64,000 nucleotides of DNA from positions 5,321-69,320 of the forward strand of contig CACKOO010000004.1 of assembly GCA_902601765.1 (NCBI GenBank). The letters are read 5' to 3'. Both the position numbers and the translations under genes were made by a program. Under the pieces are notes generated by a model that saw only the letters and a list, made by a program, of their open reading frames with translations, made no database searches and was not told the origin of the DNA. The stretch is from Hydrogenophilales bacterium. Its GTDB lineage: Bacteria > Pseudomonadota > Gammaproteobacteria > Burkholderiales > Eutrophovitaceae. Below are positions 50,132 to 59,098 of the stretch, piece after piece. Every line of letters starts with the position of its first letter. Position 1 is the stretch's first letter.

Positions 50132-50635
50132 ATGAACTTCAATCCATTAACTGCCCTGTTTATAATCCTTTTAGGATTTACGCCCATCGCACATGCTCTT
50201 GATAAAAAACCTGTATTAAATTTAACGATAGCCAAAAAAATGGCAGACGCTTGTGAAGCTAATCAAGCTGAGTTGGGTTACAGAAAAATAAATATTGCTA
50301 TTGTTGATAATGGAGCAAACCTCATTTTATTTCGACGACAAAATGATGCCTTCTTAGGTAGTATAGATATAGCAATTTCTAAAGCAAAATCATCAGCCAG
50401 CTTTCCTTTTCCCACCCGTTTAATCGCTGAAATCGTTTACGGAAAAGATGGCAAACCAGGAAGAGTTCCAGGGCTTGCTCACTCCAAAGACGTAGTAGCT
50501 TTTGCTGGTGGACTTCCCATCACATCGAAAGATGGCGTTCTTTTAGGTGCCATCGGCGTAAGCGGTGCCAGTGCCGATGAAGATGAAATTTGTGCTCAAG
50601 CAGCGATAGACGCAGTAGCTAGCGAATTGGAGTAA
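50132..50635 (+). CDS. Secreted GlcG/HbpS-family (heme-binding-like) protein
   Basis: Signal peptide from ATG 50132 (...TPIAHA), IAIVD-G, AISKA, FAGGLPI, LGAIGVSGA-ADEDE-CA. Confidence 0.85.
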   Translation: MNFNPLTALFIILLGFTPIAHALDKKPVLNLTIAKKMADACEANQAELGYRKINIAIVDNGANLILFRRQNDAFLGSIDIAISKAKSSASFPFPTRLIAEIVYGKDGKPGRVPGLAHSKDVVAFAGGLPITSKDGVLLGAIGVSGASADEDEICAQAAIDAVASELE

Positions 50636-50673
50636 ATGGAAGAGCCAAGGTGATGGCGAGAGGTCTACCGTAA

Positions 50674-51351
50674 TTAATTAATAGTGGACCTTTCGTTTAT
50701 TGTCGCTAACATTCGTATTGCGGCGCATGCTGCTCCAAAACCATTGTCTATGTTAACTACAAGTATGCCAGACGAGCAACTAGCTAGCATAGCATTTAAT
50801 GCGGTTTCCCCTCCTTTCGCGACGCCGTATCCAACTGACGTGGGAACCCCAATAATTGGACAAGGAATTAGTCCTCCTAAAACTGTTGGGAGTGCTGCGT
50901 CCATTCCGGCTACAGTGATAACCAGGTGCATCGACCTTATCTGTTCAACTTTTTCTAATAATCTCCATAGACCGGCTACTCCTACATCATTAAAAAATAA
51001 ACTATCCTCTCCGTAATAAGCAAGAGTTCTCGCCGCTTCGGACGCAACGCGTAAATCAGAAGTTCCAGCTGAGACAATCGCTACTTTTGGATCAGAGGTC
51101 AATTCAATCTTTTCACCAACTAACCCAGTTTTCGAAAAGGCGTGATAATCAACTTTGTTTCTTAGGTTTAGTGGAAGGTTTTCTAATTGTCCCTTGGATA
51201 AATGGGTAAGCAACGCTCGGGATTTCTTTTTTACCAATGACTCAATAATATTTCCAATTTGCTCCACCGTTTTACTGAGGCAAAATATTGCTTCATCTAG
51301 ACCTGTCCTAGACGACCTTGTTAGATCCAACATATGCATGTCGTCTGTCAT
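50674..51351 (-). CDS. larB: NPN cofactor biosynthesis protein LarB (NaAD carboxylase/hydrolase)
   Basis: LDL-R-RTG-EAIFC-K, SAGTSD-VA-EA, DVGVAGLWRL, AGMDAALP, VPTSVGYG, ML-SCSSG-VVNIDNGFGAA. Confidence 0.93.
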   Translation of the reverse strand: MTDDMHMLDLTRSSRTGLDEAIFCLSKTVEQIGNIIESLVKKKSRALLTHLSKGQLENLPLNLRNKVDYHAFSKTGLVGEKIELTSDPKVAIVSAGTSDLRVASEAARTLAYYGEDSLFFNDVGVAGLWRLLEKVEQIRSMHLVITVAGMDAALPTVLGGLIPCPIIGVPTSVGYGVAKGGETALNAMLASCSSGILVVNIDNGFGAACAAIRMLATINERSTIN

Positions 51352-52145
51352 AACGATTGGTGTAAAAATGCACTACCTACTTTATAGTAATCAAATTTAA
51401 CAGTGTAGTTAAAGCCAGCTCTTGAAAAAATATCCATAGCTTTTCGTGAAATTTCCTCCCGCTTAATGTTGTTTAAGCTATTCATTGCAATATTGTCTAA
51501 CTCGATAAAAACGCCATTAGCTCTGACCCTACAACGGACATTTTTGGGCTTAATCAACCCACCAACCAACAATTCTGTTTCGTTAATCAAACCTAACAGT
51601 TTTCCCTGTATATGAATACCTGTCTCTACTCGACTTGCTAAACACGGCGATGAAGGTAATTCAGCTATCTCTCCCAGGCCAAGCTGTCGAGCAAGTTGTC
51701 GCACGTTTTCTTTTCCCATCTTAGCCTCTACAAAAGGATGGCGAACTCGATACCCCTTGGCCGCGTGAAGCCCCGGCCTAAACTCTTTCAAATCGTCCAA
51801 GTTTGTACCGGAAAATATCTGCTGATTGGTTAATGAACTGATTCTCGCGTAGAGGTTACTTTTACAATAAAAACACCGATTAGTTGGATTGTTCAAATAT
51901 CTTCTATCACTAAATTCGTTAGCGTCAATAATTTTAAGATTCCAATTTTCTTCTTTTGCCAACGCTTTTAATCTCTTGGTTGCCTGAGGGGGCACCGCTG
52001 GCGATACCGCATGAAAAATATTTACGAATCCCTGAAAAAATCGGTGGGTAAAAACTCCTAAAGTGAGACTATCGACACCACCACTAACTGCAATTGCTAA
52101 TGATTTTTCTGTTTCGAATTGTGTTAGTAAGTTATCGCTAATCAT
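51348..52145 (-). CDS. larE: NPN cofactor sulfur transferase LarE
   Basis: AVSGGVDS PP-loop, NPTNRCFYCK, GTNLDD-RPG-AA, PSSPCLASR; between larC and larB. Confidence 0.9.
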   Translation of the reverse strand: MISDNLLTQFETEKSLAIAVSGGVDSLTLGVFTHRFFQGFVNIFHAVSPAVPPQATKRLKALAKEENWNLKIIDANEFSDRRYLNNPTNRCFYCKSNLYARISSLTNQQIFSGTNLDDLKEFRPGLHAAKGYRVRHPFVEAKMGKENVRQLARQLGLGEIAELPSSPCLASRVETGIHIQGKLLGLINETELLVGGLIKPKNVRCRVRANGVFIELDNIAMNSLNNIKREEISRKAMDIFSRAGFNYTVKFDYYKVGSAFLHQSL

Positions 52146-52148
52146 TTT

Positions 52149-53354
52149 TTATTTCTTGGTAAGTGAATTTTTTTCTAAAGCTATTGCTTCGGCTTTTCCA
52201 CCTTCTATAGCACGCGCATGATGACCTCCAGGTAATCGCAATAAATCGTCAGCTTCGACTTTTCCTGAAATAAATCCCTGTCTATTAACTATTTTCACCC
52301 GAAATTCGTTTCCATTATAATCTACTTTCTCAATAGTTCGCTCTAAAATCACGCGCTCCATAATTTGATACCGTATTCCAATTGTTGTGGTTTCAAGGAA
52401 ACACTTGTTAATAACCAGATCAATTTTATCTATTTCAGAAACTATTTGAATAGATGTCGTCATTCTTCCTTTTTTACCTGATACAGAACTTTGTATAAGA
52501 TCTAAAACTCCGGAAATTTCTCGCAAACGTCCTACCGCGATTGATAAATGCTCTGGGCTTTGGTCATCCACCTCGAATTCTAACTTCGCAATCTTCTCAA
52601 TATTCTTATTTGACACATTTTCAGTAGTGAAAATTAAAACTCGTAAAATGTTTGGTAATTCCGAGAATTTTTGATTGCCAAATCCAACACCTGATTTATA
52701 CAATGTGCCCTCTCGCTTCGGTACGATACAAAAGTTTTTCAGATACTTTAGAATCGCAGCACCTGTTGGCGTGACTCGCTCACCCGCAACCCCATCGTCA
52801 AAAACCTGAAAGCCTTTTAACAAAAAAGAAGTGGCGGGAGCGGGTACCGGTAACTTCCCGTGTTGGGTGGATACTAGCCCACTCCCTAGAGGCAATGGAT
52901 CGAAGGACCAAACAGCATTTAATTGATTAATTAAAAAACTGGCACCTAAGATATCTATAATAGAGTCCCATTCTCCCAATTCATGAAAACTGATTGAATC
53001 AATTTCTATTCGATGTACAGCACTTTCCGCTTCAGCTACAAAAGAGAAAATTTCTTTTGCAATCAATTTTACTTTTTTGTCGATAGGAGTACTTTCGATA
53101 AATTTTAGAATATCAATAAAGTTGCCAGGAGTTTTATTTCGGTCCTTGTCTAATCCGATCTCTTTGACTGAAAATTTAGCTCCCCCTATTGAGTGGTTTT
53201 GGTAGGGCCTAACTTCGATTGACATTTCAGCAGGAGTTCCGGCTTTTTTGAGCATGGAGAGCATGTCATTCTCTAATTCGGGAAAAGCGTTGAGAAGACT
53301 CGCTATGAACATATCTCCGGCCACACCTCCGACTGGGTTTAAATGTATCCACAT
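52149..53354 (-). CDS. larC: NPN cofactor nickel insertase LarC (single ORF)
   Basis: GVAGDM, AESAVH-FHELG-DSIIDI, HG-LPVPAPAT, GERVTPTGAAIL, EVDDQSPE, KKGR, ETTTIGIR. Confidence 0.92.
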   Translation of the reverse strand: MWIHLNPVGGVAGDMFIASLLNAFPELENDMLSMLKKAGTPAEMSIEVRPYQNHSIGGAKFSVKEIGLDKDRNKTPGNFIDILKFIESTPIDKKVKLIAKEIFSFVAEAESAVHRIEIDSISFHELGEWDSIIDILGASFLINQLNAVWSFDPLPLGSGLVSTQHGKLPVPAPATSFLLKGFQVFDDGVAGERVTPTGAAILKYLKNFCIVPKREGTLYKSGVGFGNQKFSELPNILRVLIFTTENVSNKNIEKIAKLEFEVDDQSPEHLSIAVGRLREISGVLDLIQSSVSGKKGRMTTSIQIVSEIDKIDLVINKCFLETTTIGIRYQIMERVILERTIEKVDYNGNEFRVKIVNRQGFISGKVEADDLLRLPGGHHARAIEGGKAEAIALEKNSLTKK

Positions 53355-53371
53355 AAAATTATTATTTTTTT

Positions 53372-54694
53372 CTAAGCCAAAGCTTTTTCAACTTCTTCAC
53401 CAAGCATTGGATATAAGCTACCTTTCTTGTCATATTTGAAAGGCTGGGGTTTTCCTTTTATCTCAAACTTTTCGGGATTTGCCTTCACATAATCCAGCAA
53501 TGGCTCAGAAACCTGAATGTCAACCACTTCTAGGGTGTTTGCAATCCTAACAATTTTTAAGTCCTGGGATTTAACCCGGACTACCGTTTTCGATGCCAAA
53601 CTAATCGCTTCTTTATCGGTATTCATTATTATAGGGATTACTCCACCATCTAAATAAGTTGATGTAATAACATTCGCGTAAGTTTTAGGCACATCTAAAT
53701 TTTTGTATAAATTCATCGTTATAACATCAGCAGAGCCAATACCAGTAGCATTGCCATGCGTTTCGGGAGTAAGGCCAAGAACCGCGATTTTTTTTACATG
53801 AGGTTTCATGTTCCAGGCTACTCCGCGACTGTTACGGCCAGTAATATTGGGATCCATTCCTGCTCCAGAAATATTTTTCCCAATTTTTTCAATTACTAAA
53901 ACATCTATTTCCTCAAACTGTAAACTGGGCATAAAATTTTTAGCCAATGCTTGGAGTTCAGGCTCCCTCGTAAAAAGTTTTTCAGGGGTTACAGCCTCTA
54001 GAAGAGTAGTTTCATCTGCCGCGTTTTCGAGCATTGCAACACCGAAAAGAAAATTTTTATTCTTTAAAATGAATTGGGCCGTTTTGGGTAGCAATTCACC
54101 AAAAACATCCATACCAAAAGAATGAAGAGTGGTGGCACCGTCTATTTTTCCCATACCAATGGTCAACATTTTTACAATTCCGGATTCAATCGGTGCTCTA
54201 TAATTTGTATGTGGTTTTATTCGAGGGATAACAATAATTCCATCTGCGGATGCGGCATGTTTATCCATAAAAACAGGCATTCCATCTATTTTGCCAATTT
54301 CTTCGACCGCCATGTCAGATATAATCGGACACCCTATGAAGGATTCGTTGATCCCATATCCGTCAAGGACTTCTCGTTGCCCATCGGCGGTAGCGCCTCC
54401 GTGAGAACCCATTGCCGGAAACACGAAAGGCTTAGCCCCTAAGGCTTTTAACTCGTCAATTACAGTTTTAGTACATTCTGCAATATTTGCTATCCCCCGG
54501 GAACCACACCCTACGGCGATTCGCATACCCGGTTTCACTTTTCCTTTTATTTCAGGCCTTGAAAACTGTTGCCTAACGGCATTTTCAACACTTTTAAGTT
54601 TTTGCGTTTCAAATTTTTGCGTAATCTGCACCATATCAGGTAGAACAATATTTAGACCTCCACCAACATTTACTTCTATTTTTTCGCCAATCAC
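53372..54694 (-). CDS. LarA-superfamily (lactate racemase domain) NPN-dependent racemase/epimerase, substrate unknown (GTG start)
   Basis: GSRGIANI, PAMGSHGGAT, RIKPHT-ESG-KML-IGMGK-GA-LH, IGKNISGAGMDPNITGR; first gene of the larCEB operon; SD GGAG. Confidence 0.82.
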   Translation of the reverse strand: MIGEKIEVNVGGGLNIVLPDMVQITQKFETQKLKSVENAVRQQFSRPEIKGKVKPGMRIAVGCGSRGIANIAECTKTVIDELKALGAKPFVFPAMGSHGGATADGQREVLDGYGINESFIGCPIISDMAVEEIGKIDGMPVFMDKHAASADGIIVIPRIKPHTNYRAPIESGIVKMLTIGMGKIDGATTLHSFGMDVFGELLPKTAQFILKNKNFLFGVAMLENAADETTLLEAVTPEKLFTREPELQALAKNFMPSLQFEEIDVLVIEKIGKNISGAGMDPNITGRNSRGVAWNMKPHVKKIAVLGLTPETHGNATGIGSADVITMNLYKNLDVPKTYANVITSTYLDGGVIPIIMNTDKEAISLASKTVVRVKSQDLKIVRIANTLEVVDIQVSEPLLDYVKANPEKFEIKGKPQPFKYDKKGSLYPMLGEEVEKALA

Positions 54695-54923
54695 TTTAAA
54701 TCTCCTTAAAACTAAATTTTTCGTAAAAGATCAACTGGAAATAAATCCTCAAAATAGCCTACTATTATGGCCGTGTTGTATGCAAATAGTCTACTTACTT
54801 TTGCACTTCACGCTATGCTGGAAGTATGCCCTAAAATAGGGGCACCTCGCTACGGTGATCTACTTAACAAGCATTAATTTTTTAGGTGTTTTCCTTTTTT
54901 TTTACGTGATTGGGGATGAAATT

Positions 54924-56654
54924 ATGCAAAACGAGAAAAAACGACTCAAACTGAGAAGTCAGCGATGGTTCTCAACCAAAACACTGAGAGGTTCTGGTCA
55001 TAAATCGAGAATATTTCAGCTTGGATTGACGAGTGAAGATATTGATAATAAACCTATTATTGGGATTATTAATACGTGGAGTGAAATAAATCATTGTCAC
55101 TCTCATCTCAAGGACAGAGCAGCAAATGTGAAAACAGGAATTTCGCAATCTGGTGGTGTTCCCATAGAGATGCCAGCAATTTCACTCGCGGAAGTTTTCC
55201 AAAAACCCTCCACGATGATGTATCGAAACTTACTCGCCATGGAAACAGAAGAACTGTTGAGATCCTATCCTATCGATGGCTGTGTGCTGATGGGTGGCTG
55301 CGATAAAACGACACCAGCTTTGCTTATGGGAGCAATCAGTATGGATATACCGACTATTTTTGTTCCAGCCGGTGCCATGTTACGAGGACATTGGCGGGGA
55401 CAAACCCTCGGTTCCGGTTCAGATATTTGGAAATATTGGGACGAATTAAGGGCAGGCACAATATCAGAAAACGACTGGCAAGAAATGTTAGAGGGAATTG
55501 CAAGATCTCCTGGTACCTGTATGACAATGGGAACGGCATCTACCATGACATCTATAGCAGAGGTAATGGGGTTCACGTTACCAAATGCCTCCTCAATTCC
55601 AGCTCCAGACTCTGGGCACAGCCGAATGGCAACTTATTCCGGTAGAAGAATCGTTGAGATGGTAAAGGAGAATCTCAAACCCTCAGACATAATTACCAAA
55701 AATACAATAAATAATGCGATTCGTATTTTAATGGCTCTGGGAGGGTCCACTAACGGACTGATACACGTAATTGCCCTAGCTCGTCGGGCTGGTATTAATT
55801 TAGAACTGGATCATTTTGAAACTATTGGTCAAAAAACTCCTTTTCTTGTAAATTTACGTCCTGCCGGAAAATACTTAATGGAGGATTTTTACTATGCTGG
55901 CGGACTCAATGCCCTAATGGAAGGGATGAGAGACTTACTGGATACTGACGAAAAAACCTGTACAGGTCGATCCCTAGGGGAAAATATTCAAGGACAAAAA
56001 ATACACAATTCGGAAGTCATAAAAACCCCAAAGAAGCCCATAAACGCGACTGGTGGGCTTTTAGTTCTCCGAGGAAACCTAGCTCCTGACGGTGCTATTA
56101 TAAAGGCTAACGCGGCTGATCCGAAGTTTCATGAGCATACGGGACCCGCCATTGTGTTTGATAGTTATGCACAGATGTCCAAAATAATTGATGACCCTAA
56201 GCTGAAAATTACAAAAGAATCCGTCTTAGTTTTAAGAAATTCTGGACCAATTGGCGGCCCAGGGATGCCAGAATGGGGAATGTTACCAATTCCTAAAAAG
56301 CTCTTGAAGCAAGGGGTCCGTGATATGGTCCGAATTTCTGATGCTCGGATGAGTGGTACTAGCTATGGAACTTGTATTCTGCATGTTGCGCCTGAGTCTT
56401 GGGTAGGAGGACCGCTTGGTTTAGTAAAAACAGGTGATCTTATTAAGTTAAGCGTACGAGAAAGAACCCTTAATCTGATGGTTTCCAAAACAGAGCTTGA
56501 ATCTCGCAAAAAACATCTCACGAAGAAACCAGCGAGGTTCTCGCGGGGTTACGGAAAAATGTTTTCCACACACGTACTTCAAGCGAATGAGGGGTGTGAC
56601 TTTGATTTCCTTCAGACCAACCAAGAAATCACTCCTGAACCCTATATTGATTAA
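54924..56654 (+). CDS. IlvD/Edd-family [2Fe-2S] sugar-acid dehydratase (L-arabinonate-dehydratase-like)
   Basis: LRSQRWF, NTWSEINHCH, MYRNLLAMETEE, GGCDKTTP, GTCMTMGTASTM, GGSTN, GGPGMPEWG, SDARMSGTSYG. ATG 54924 preferred over track GTG 54855. Confidence 0.88.
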   Translation: MQNEKKRLKLRSQRWFSTKTLRGSGHKSRIFQLGLTSEDIDNKPIIGIINTWSEINHCHSHLKDRAANVKTGISQSGGVPIEMPAISLAEVFQKPSTMMYRNLLAMETEELLRSYPIDGCVLMGGCDKTTPALLMGAISMDIPTIFVPAGAMLRGHWRGQTLGSGSDIWKYWDELRAGTISENDWQEMLEGIARSPGTCMTMGTASTMTSIAEVMGFTLPNASSIPAPDSGHSRMATYSGRRIVEMVKENLKPSDIITKNTINNAIRILMALGGSTNGLIHVIALARRAGINLELDHFETIGQKTPFLVNLRPAGKYLMEDFYYAGGLNALMEGMRDLLDTDEKTCTGRSLGENIQGQKIHNSEVIKTPKKPINATGGLLVLRGNLAPDGAIIKANAADPKFHEHTGPAIVFDSYAQMSKIIDDPKLKITKESVLVLRNSGPIGGPGMPEWGMLPIPKKLLKQGVRDMVRISDARMSGTSYGTCILHVAPESWVGGPLGLVKTGDLIKLSVRERTLNLMVSKTELESRKKHLTKKPARFSRGYGKMFSTHVLQANEGCDFDFLQTNQEITPEPYID

Positions 56655-56655
56655 C

Positions 56656-57129
56656 TTAATCTTTTTGGGGTTCGGAGTGAATATTATCTACCCAAAATAC
56701 CTGTTCAGGTTCCTCAACCGTCGGGATTTTTAGGTTGACAACCACTGGGTCTTGCCCACTGCGACAAAGGACGCACGATAGCGGTTCATCCTCCAAAGCG
56801 TTGATCTCTTGGTGTGGTACAAAGGGTGGTACGTAGATAAACTCACCGGCATTAGCTTCCGCCACAAATTCTAATTTTTCGCCCCATCTCATACGAGCTT
56901 TTCCTTTAACCACATAGATCACGCTCTCTACTGGTCCATGATGGTGAGCTCCAGTTTTTGCGTTAGGCTCTATAATTACAGTACCAGCCCAAAGCTTTTG
57001 AGCGCCTCCAATTTTACTGGATACAGCAGCAGCTCTTTTCATACCAGGTGTTTGTGGAGTTTTACTATCGAAATCAGTCGAAGTTATTACTCTAACTCCG
57101 TCATATTTCCATTTACTTGACTGGGTCAT
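56656..57129 (-). CDS. Cupin-domain protein of unknown function
   Basis: TGAHHHG-ESVIYVV-G and FIYVPPFVPHQE metal-binding cupin motifs; ATG 57129 overlaps the tsaC stop. Confidence 0.85.
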   Translation of the reverse strand: MTQSSKWKYDGVRVITSTDFDSKTPQTPGMKRAAAVSSKIGGAQKLWAGTVIIEPNAKTGAHHHGPVESVIYVVKGKARMRWGEKLEFVAEANAGEFIYVPPFVPHQEINALEDEPLSCVLCRSGQDPVVVNLKIPTVEEPEQVFWVDNIHSEPQKD

Positions 57130-58150
57130 GTAATTTGCCACTTAAATTTTTATATTTGGTGTTTTTTATATATTCCCGAAGCGCTATTTTTGGTGTAGAG
57201 CTTTTTCCTAAACGATCATGGATAGCCAACCATTCGTTTTTGTAAGGAGGTTCCTCAACCGCAATTAGGCTACATCCAGAATTATCAAGCCTACGCAACA
57301 AAGAATAAAGATTTTTAGCATACTGTCGTGGACCGTGGGGTGCCGCCTGCCAGACGGCCGCTCCCGAAAACGGTGGTCTAACAGACCTACCCAGCACGGC
57401 GACCGGAATGCCACTAGTTTGTGAATGTAAAAATTTTTCTAATCGGTCTCTATAAATAACTGTTAACGGGATGACAGGTGCATAATGAACTGGGCAAGAT
57501 CCTGGTGCTTTTTTTCGTTCTGATTCCTCAGCTAAGGTAATATCCAATCCCAAAGCTAAGCTAATTTGCCTTTGATCAATCATTCCTGGCCGCAAAATTA
57601 CTGGCACCTCCCTACTTACATCCACAATAGTCGATTCGATACCTATGGGGCATGTTTCACCCTTTATGATGATGTCAACTTTACCACCTAGTTCTTGGAA
57701 CACATCCTGTGGAGACGTCGGCGACAATCTACCAAAACGATTAGCTGACGGCCCGACAATACCTCCCCCCAAACCATTAATAAGCTCTCTCGCTATCGGA
57801 TTAGAAGGGACTCTGATCGCTATCGTATCCTGTTCCCCACAAAAGTGCCTCGCTACCTCTCCTTTCGATTTAAACACAAGAGTTAATGGTCCTGGCCAAA
57901 ACTTCTCTCCTAAAACTCGTGCAACAGGCGGTATATTTGCAACCCAGCGGTCTGCCTTGTCCAAACCGGAAAGGTGTAAAATTAACGGATGATTTCTAGG
58001 ACGGCCCTTCGCTGCGTAGACTCGATTAACAGCACTGGGAGATGTTGCATCAGCCCCCAAGCCAAAAACGGTTTCCGTTGGAAACCCCACTATTCCTCCG
58101 GTTTTTAAACAATTTATAGCTTGTTGAATCTGCTTCTCTAGTGTCGTCAT
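57113..58150 (-). CDS. tsaC: L-threonylcarbamoyladenylate synthase (Sua5/TsaC, long form)
   Basis: PTETVFGLGADA, KGRP-HPLI, FWPGPLT, PSANRFG-SPT, GIESTIVD, ILRPG, HYAP, LY-LR-LD. Confidence 0.93.
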   Translation of the reverse strand: MTTLEKQIQQAINCLKTGGIVGFPTETVFGLGADATSPSAVNRVYAAKGRPRNHPLILHLSGLDKADRWVANIPPVARVLGEKFWPGPLTLVFKSKGEVARHFCGEQDTIAIRVPSNPIARELINGLGGGIVGPSANRFGRLSPTSPQDVFQELGGKVDIIIKGETCPIGIESTIVDVSREVPVILRPGMIDQRQISLALGLDITLAEESERKKAPGSCPVHYAPVIPLTVIYRDRLEKFLHSQTSGIPVAVLGRSVRPPFSGAAVWQAAPHGPRQYAKNLYSLLRRLDNSGCSLIAVEEPPYKNEWLAIHDRLGKSSTPKIALREYIKNTKYKNLSGKLHDPVK

Positions 58151-58210
58151 CTTACGTTAGTATTTTTTAAACTGACTGATATTTTACCCTCAGATAACAT
58201 TTGGTGCACT

Positions 58211-59098
58211 TCATGAGTCGTTACATACGATATTTAGTGCTTCTAAATATTTTTCTTTAGTTTGTTCGACAATTATTTGGGGAAGTTTAGGAGCGCTTGA
58301 CGTTTTATCCCATCCCTGCCGATCTAACCAATCTCGAACAAACTGCTTGTCAAAAGATGGCGGGGAACAGCCGAGTACAACTCTGCCTGATGACCAAAAC
58401 CTTGAGGAATCGGGAGTCAATATCTCATCGATCAAAACTAGCTGGTCTTGATTATCTAATCCGAATTCAAACTTGGTATCCGCAACAATTATTCCCTTTT
58501 CTATACAATGCTCCCAAGCTTTAGTGTAAAGCAATATGGATTTTTGTTTTATCTCGGTCGCCCTTTCAGAGCCCACGATTTCTCTCATTTTTGCAAAAGC
58601 TATGTTTTCATCGTGACTTCCTAAAGAAGCTTTTGTAGAAGGAGTGAAAATTGGTTTACTAAGCTTTTCACCTAAGTTTATTCCGGCAGGCAATTTCTCA
58701 AGACATATCGATTGCGATTTTTGGTACTCGCTCCAACCAGAACCCGCCATATAACCCCGCACAACTGCTTCGACTGGAAGTGGTGATATTTTTTTTACTA
58801 CTAACGATCGGCCTTCGACGTTATTAAAATCTACGTCTGACACCGCGTCCTTAGGATCATGATTTAAGTAATGATGCGGAGTCAAATATCCAAGCTTGTT
58901 AAACCAATATTTAGTCATTTCAGTCAGGATATGGCCCTTTCCGGGAATGGGTGTCGGTAAAACTGTATCAAAAGCGGAGATTCTATCTGTTTGAACAATC
59001 AACAATTTATCGGAATCAATAGTATACAAATCCCGCACTTTTCCTCTATGCATCAATGGTAATGATTTTAGGTTAGTATTAAACACTGGTGTTTGCAT
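58211..59098 (-). CDS. purC: SAICAR synthetase
   Basis: RGKVRDLY, TDRISAFD, EAVVRGY-GSGW, FTPSTKA, ADTKFEFG, DEILTPDSSRFW, DKQFVRDWL. Confidence 0.97.
   Translation of the reverse strand: MQTPVFNTNLKSLPLMHRGKVRDLYTIDSDKLLIVQTDRISAFDTVLPTPIPGKGHILTEMTKYWFNKLGYLTPHHYLNHDPKDAVSDVDFNNVEGRSLVVKKISPLPVEAVVRGYMAGSGWSEYQKSQSICLEKLPAGINLGEKLSKPIFTPSTKASLGSHDENIAFAKMREIVGSERATEIKQKSILLYTKAWEHCIEKGIIVADTKFEFGLDNQDQLVLIDEILTPDSSRFWSSGRVVLGCSPPSFDKQFVRDWLDRQGWDKTSSAPKLPQIIVEQTKEKYLEALNIVCNDS

Noticed and set aside
50674-51351. Second purE copy
   Set aside because: PurE-like fold, but the motifs and operon context are LarB; the true purE is at 60499-61032.
54924-56654. Housekeeping ilvD
   Set aside because: Motifs (MYRNLLAMETEE, YWDELRAG, MPEWGMLPIP, SGTSYG) fit the sugar-acid dehydratase branch better, so no symbol was assigned.
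47352-57129. Accessory block as a mobile genomic island
   Set aside because: No integrase, transposase, tRNA or flanking direct repeats were seen, and composition looks similar to the flanks by eye.
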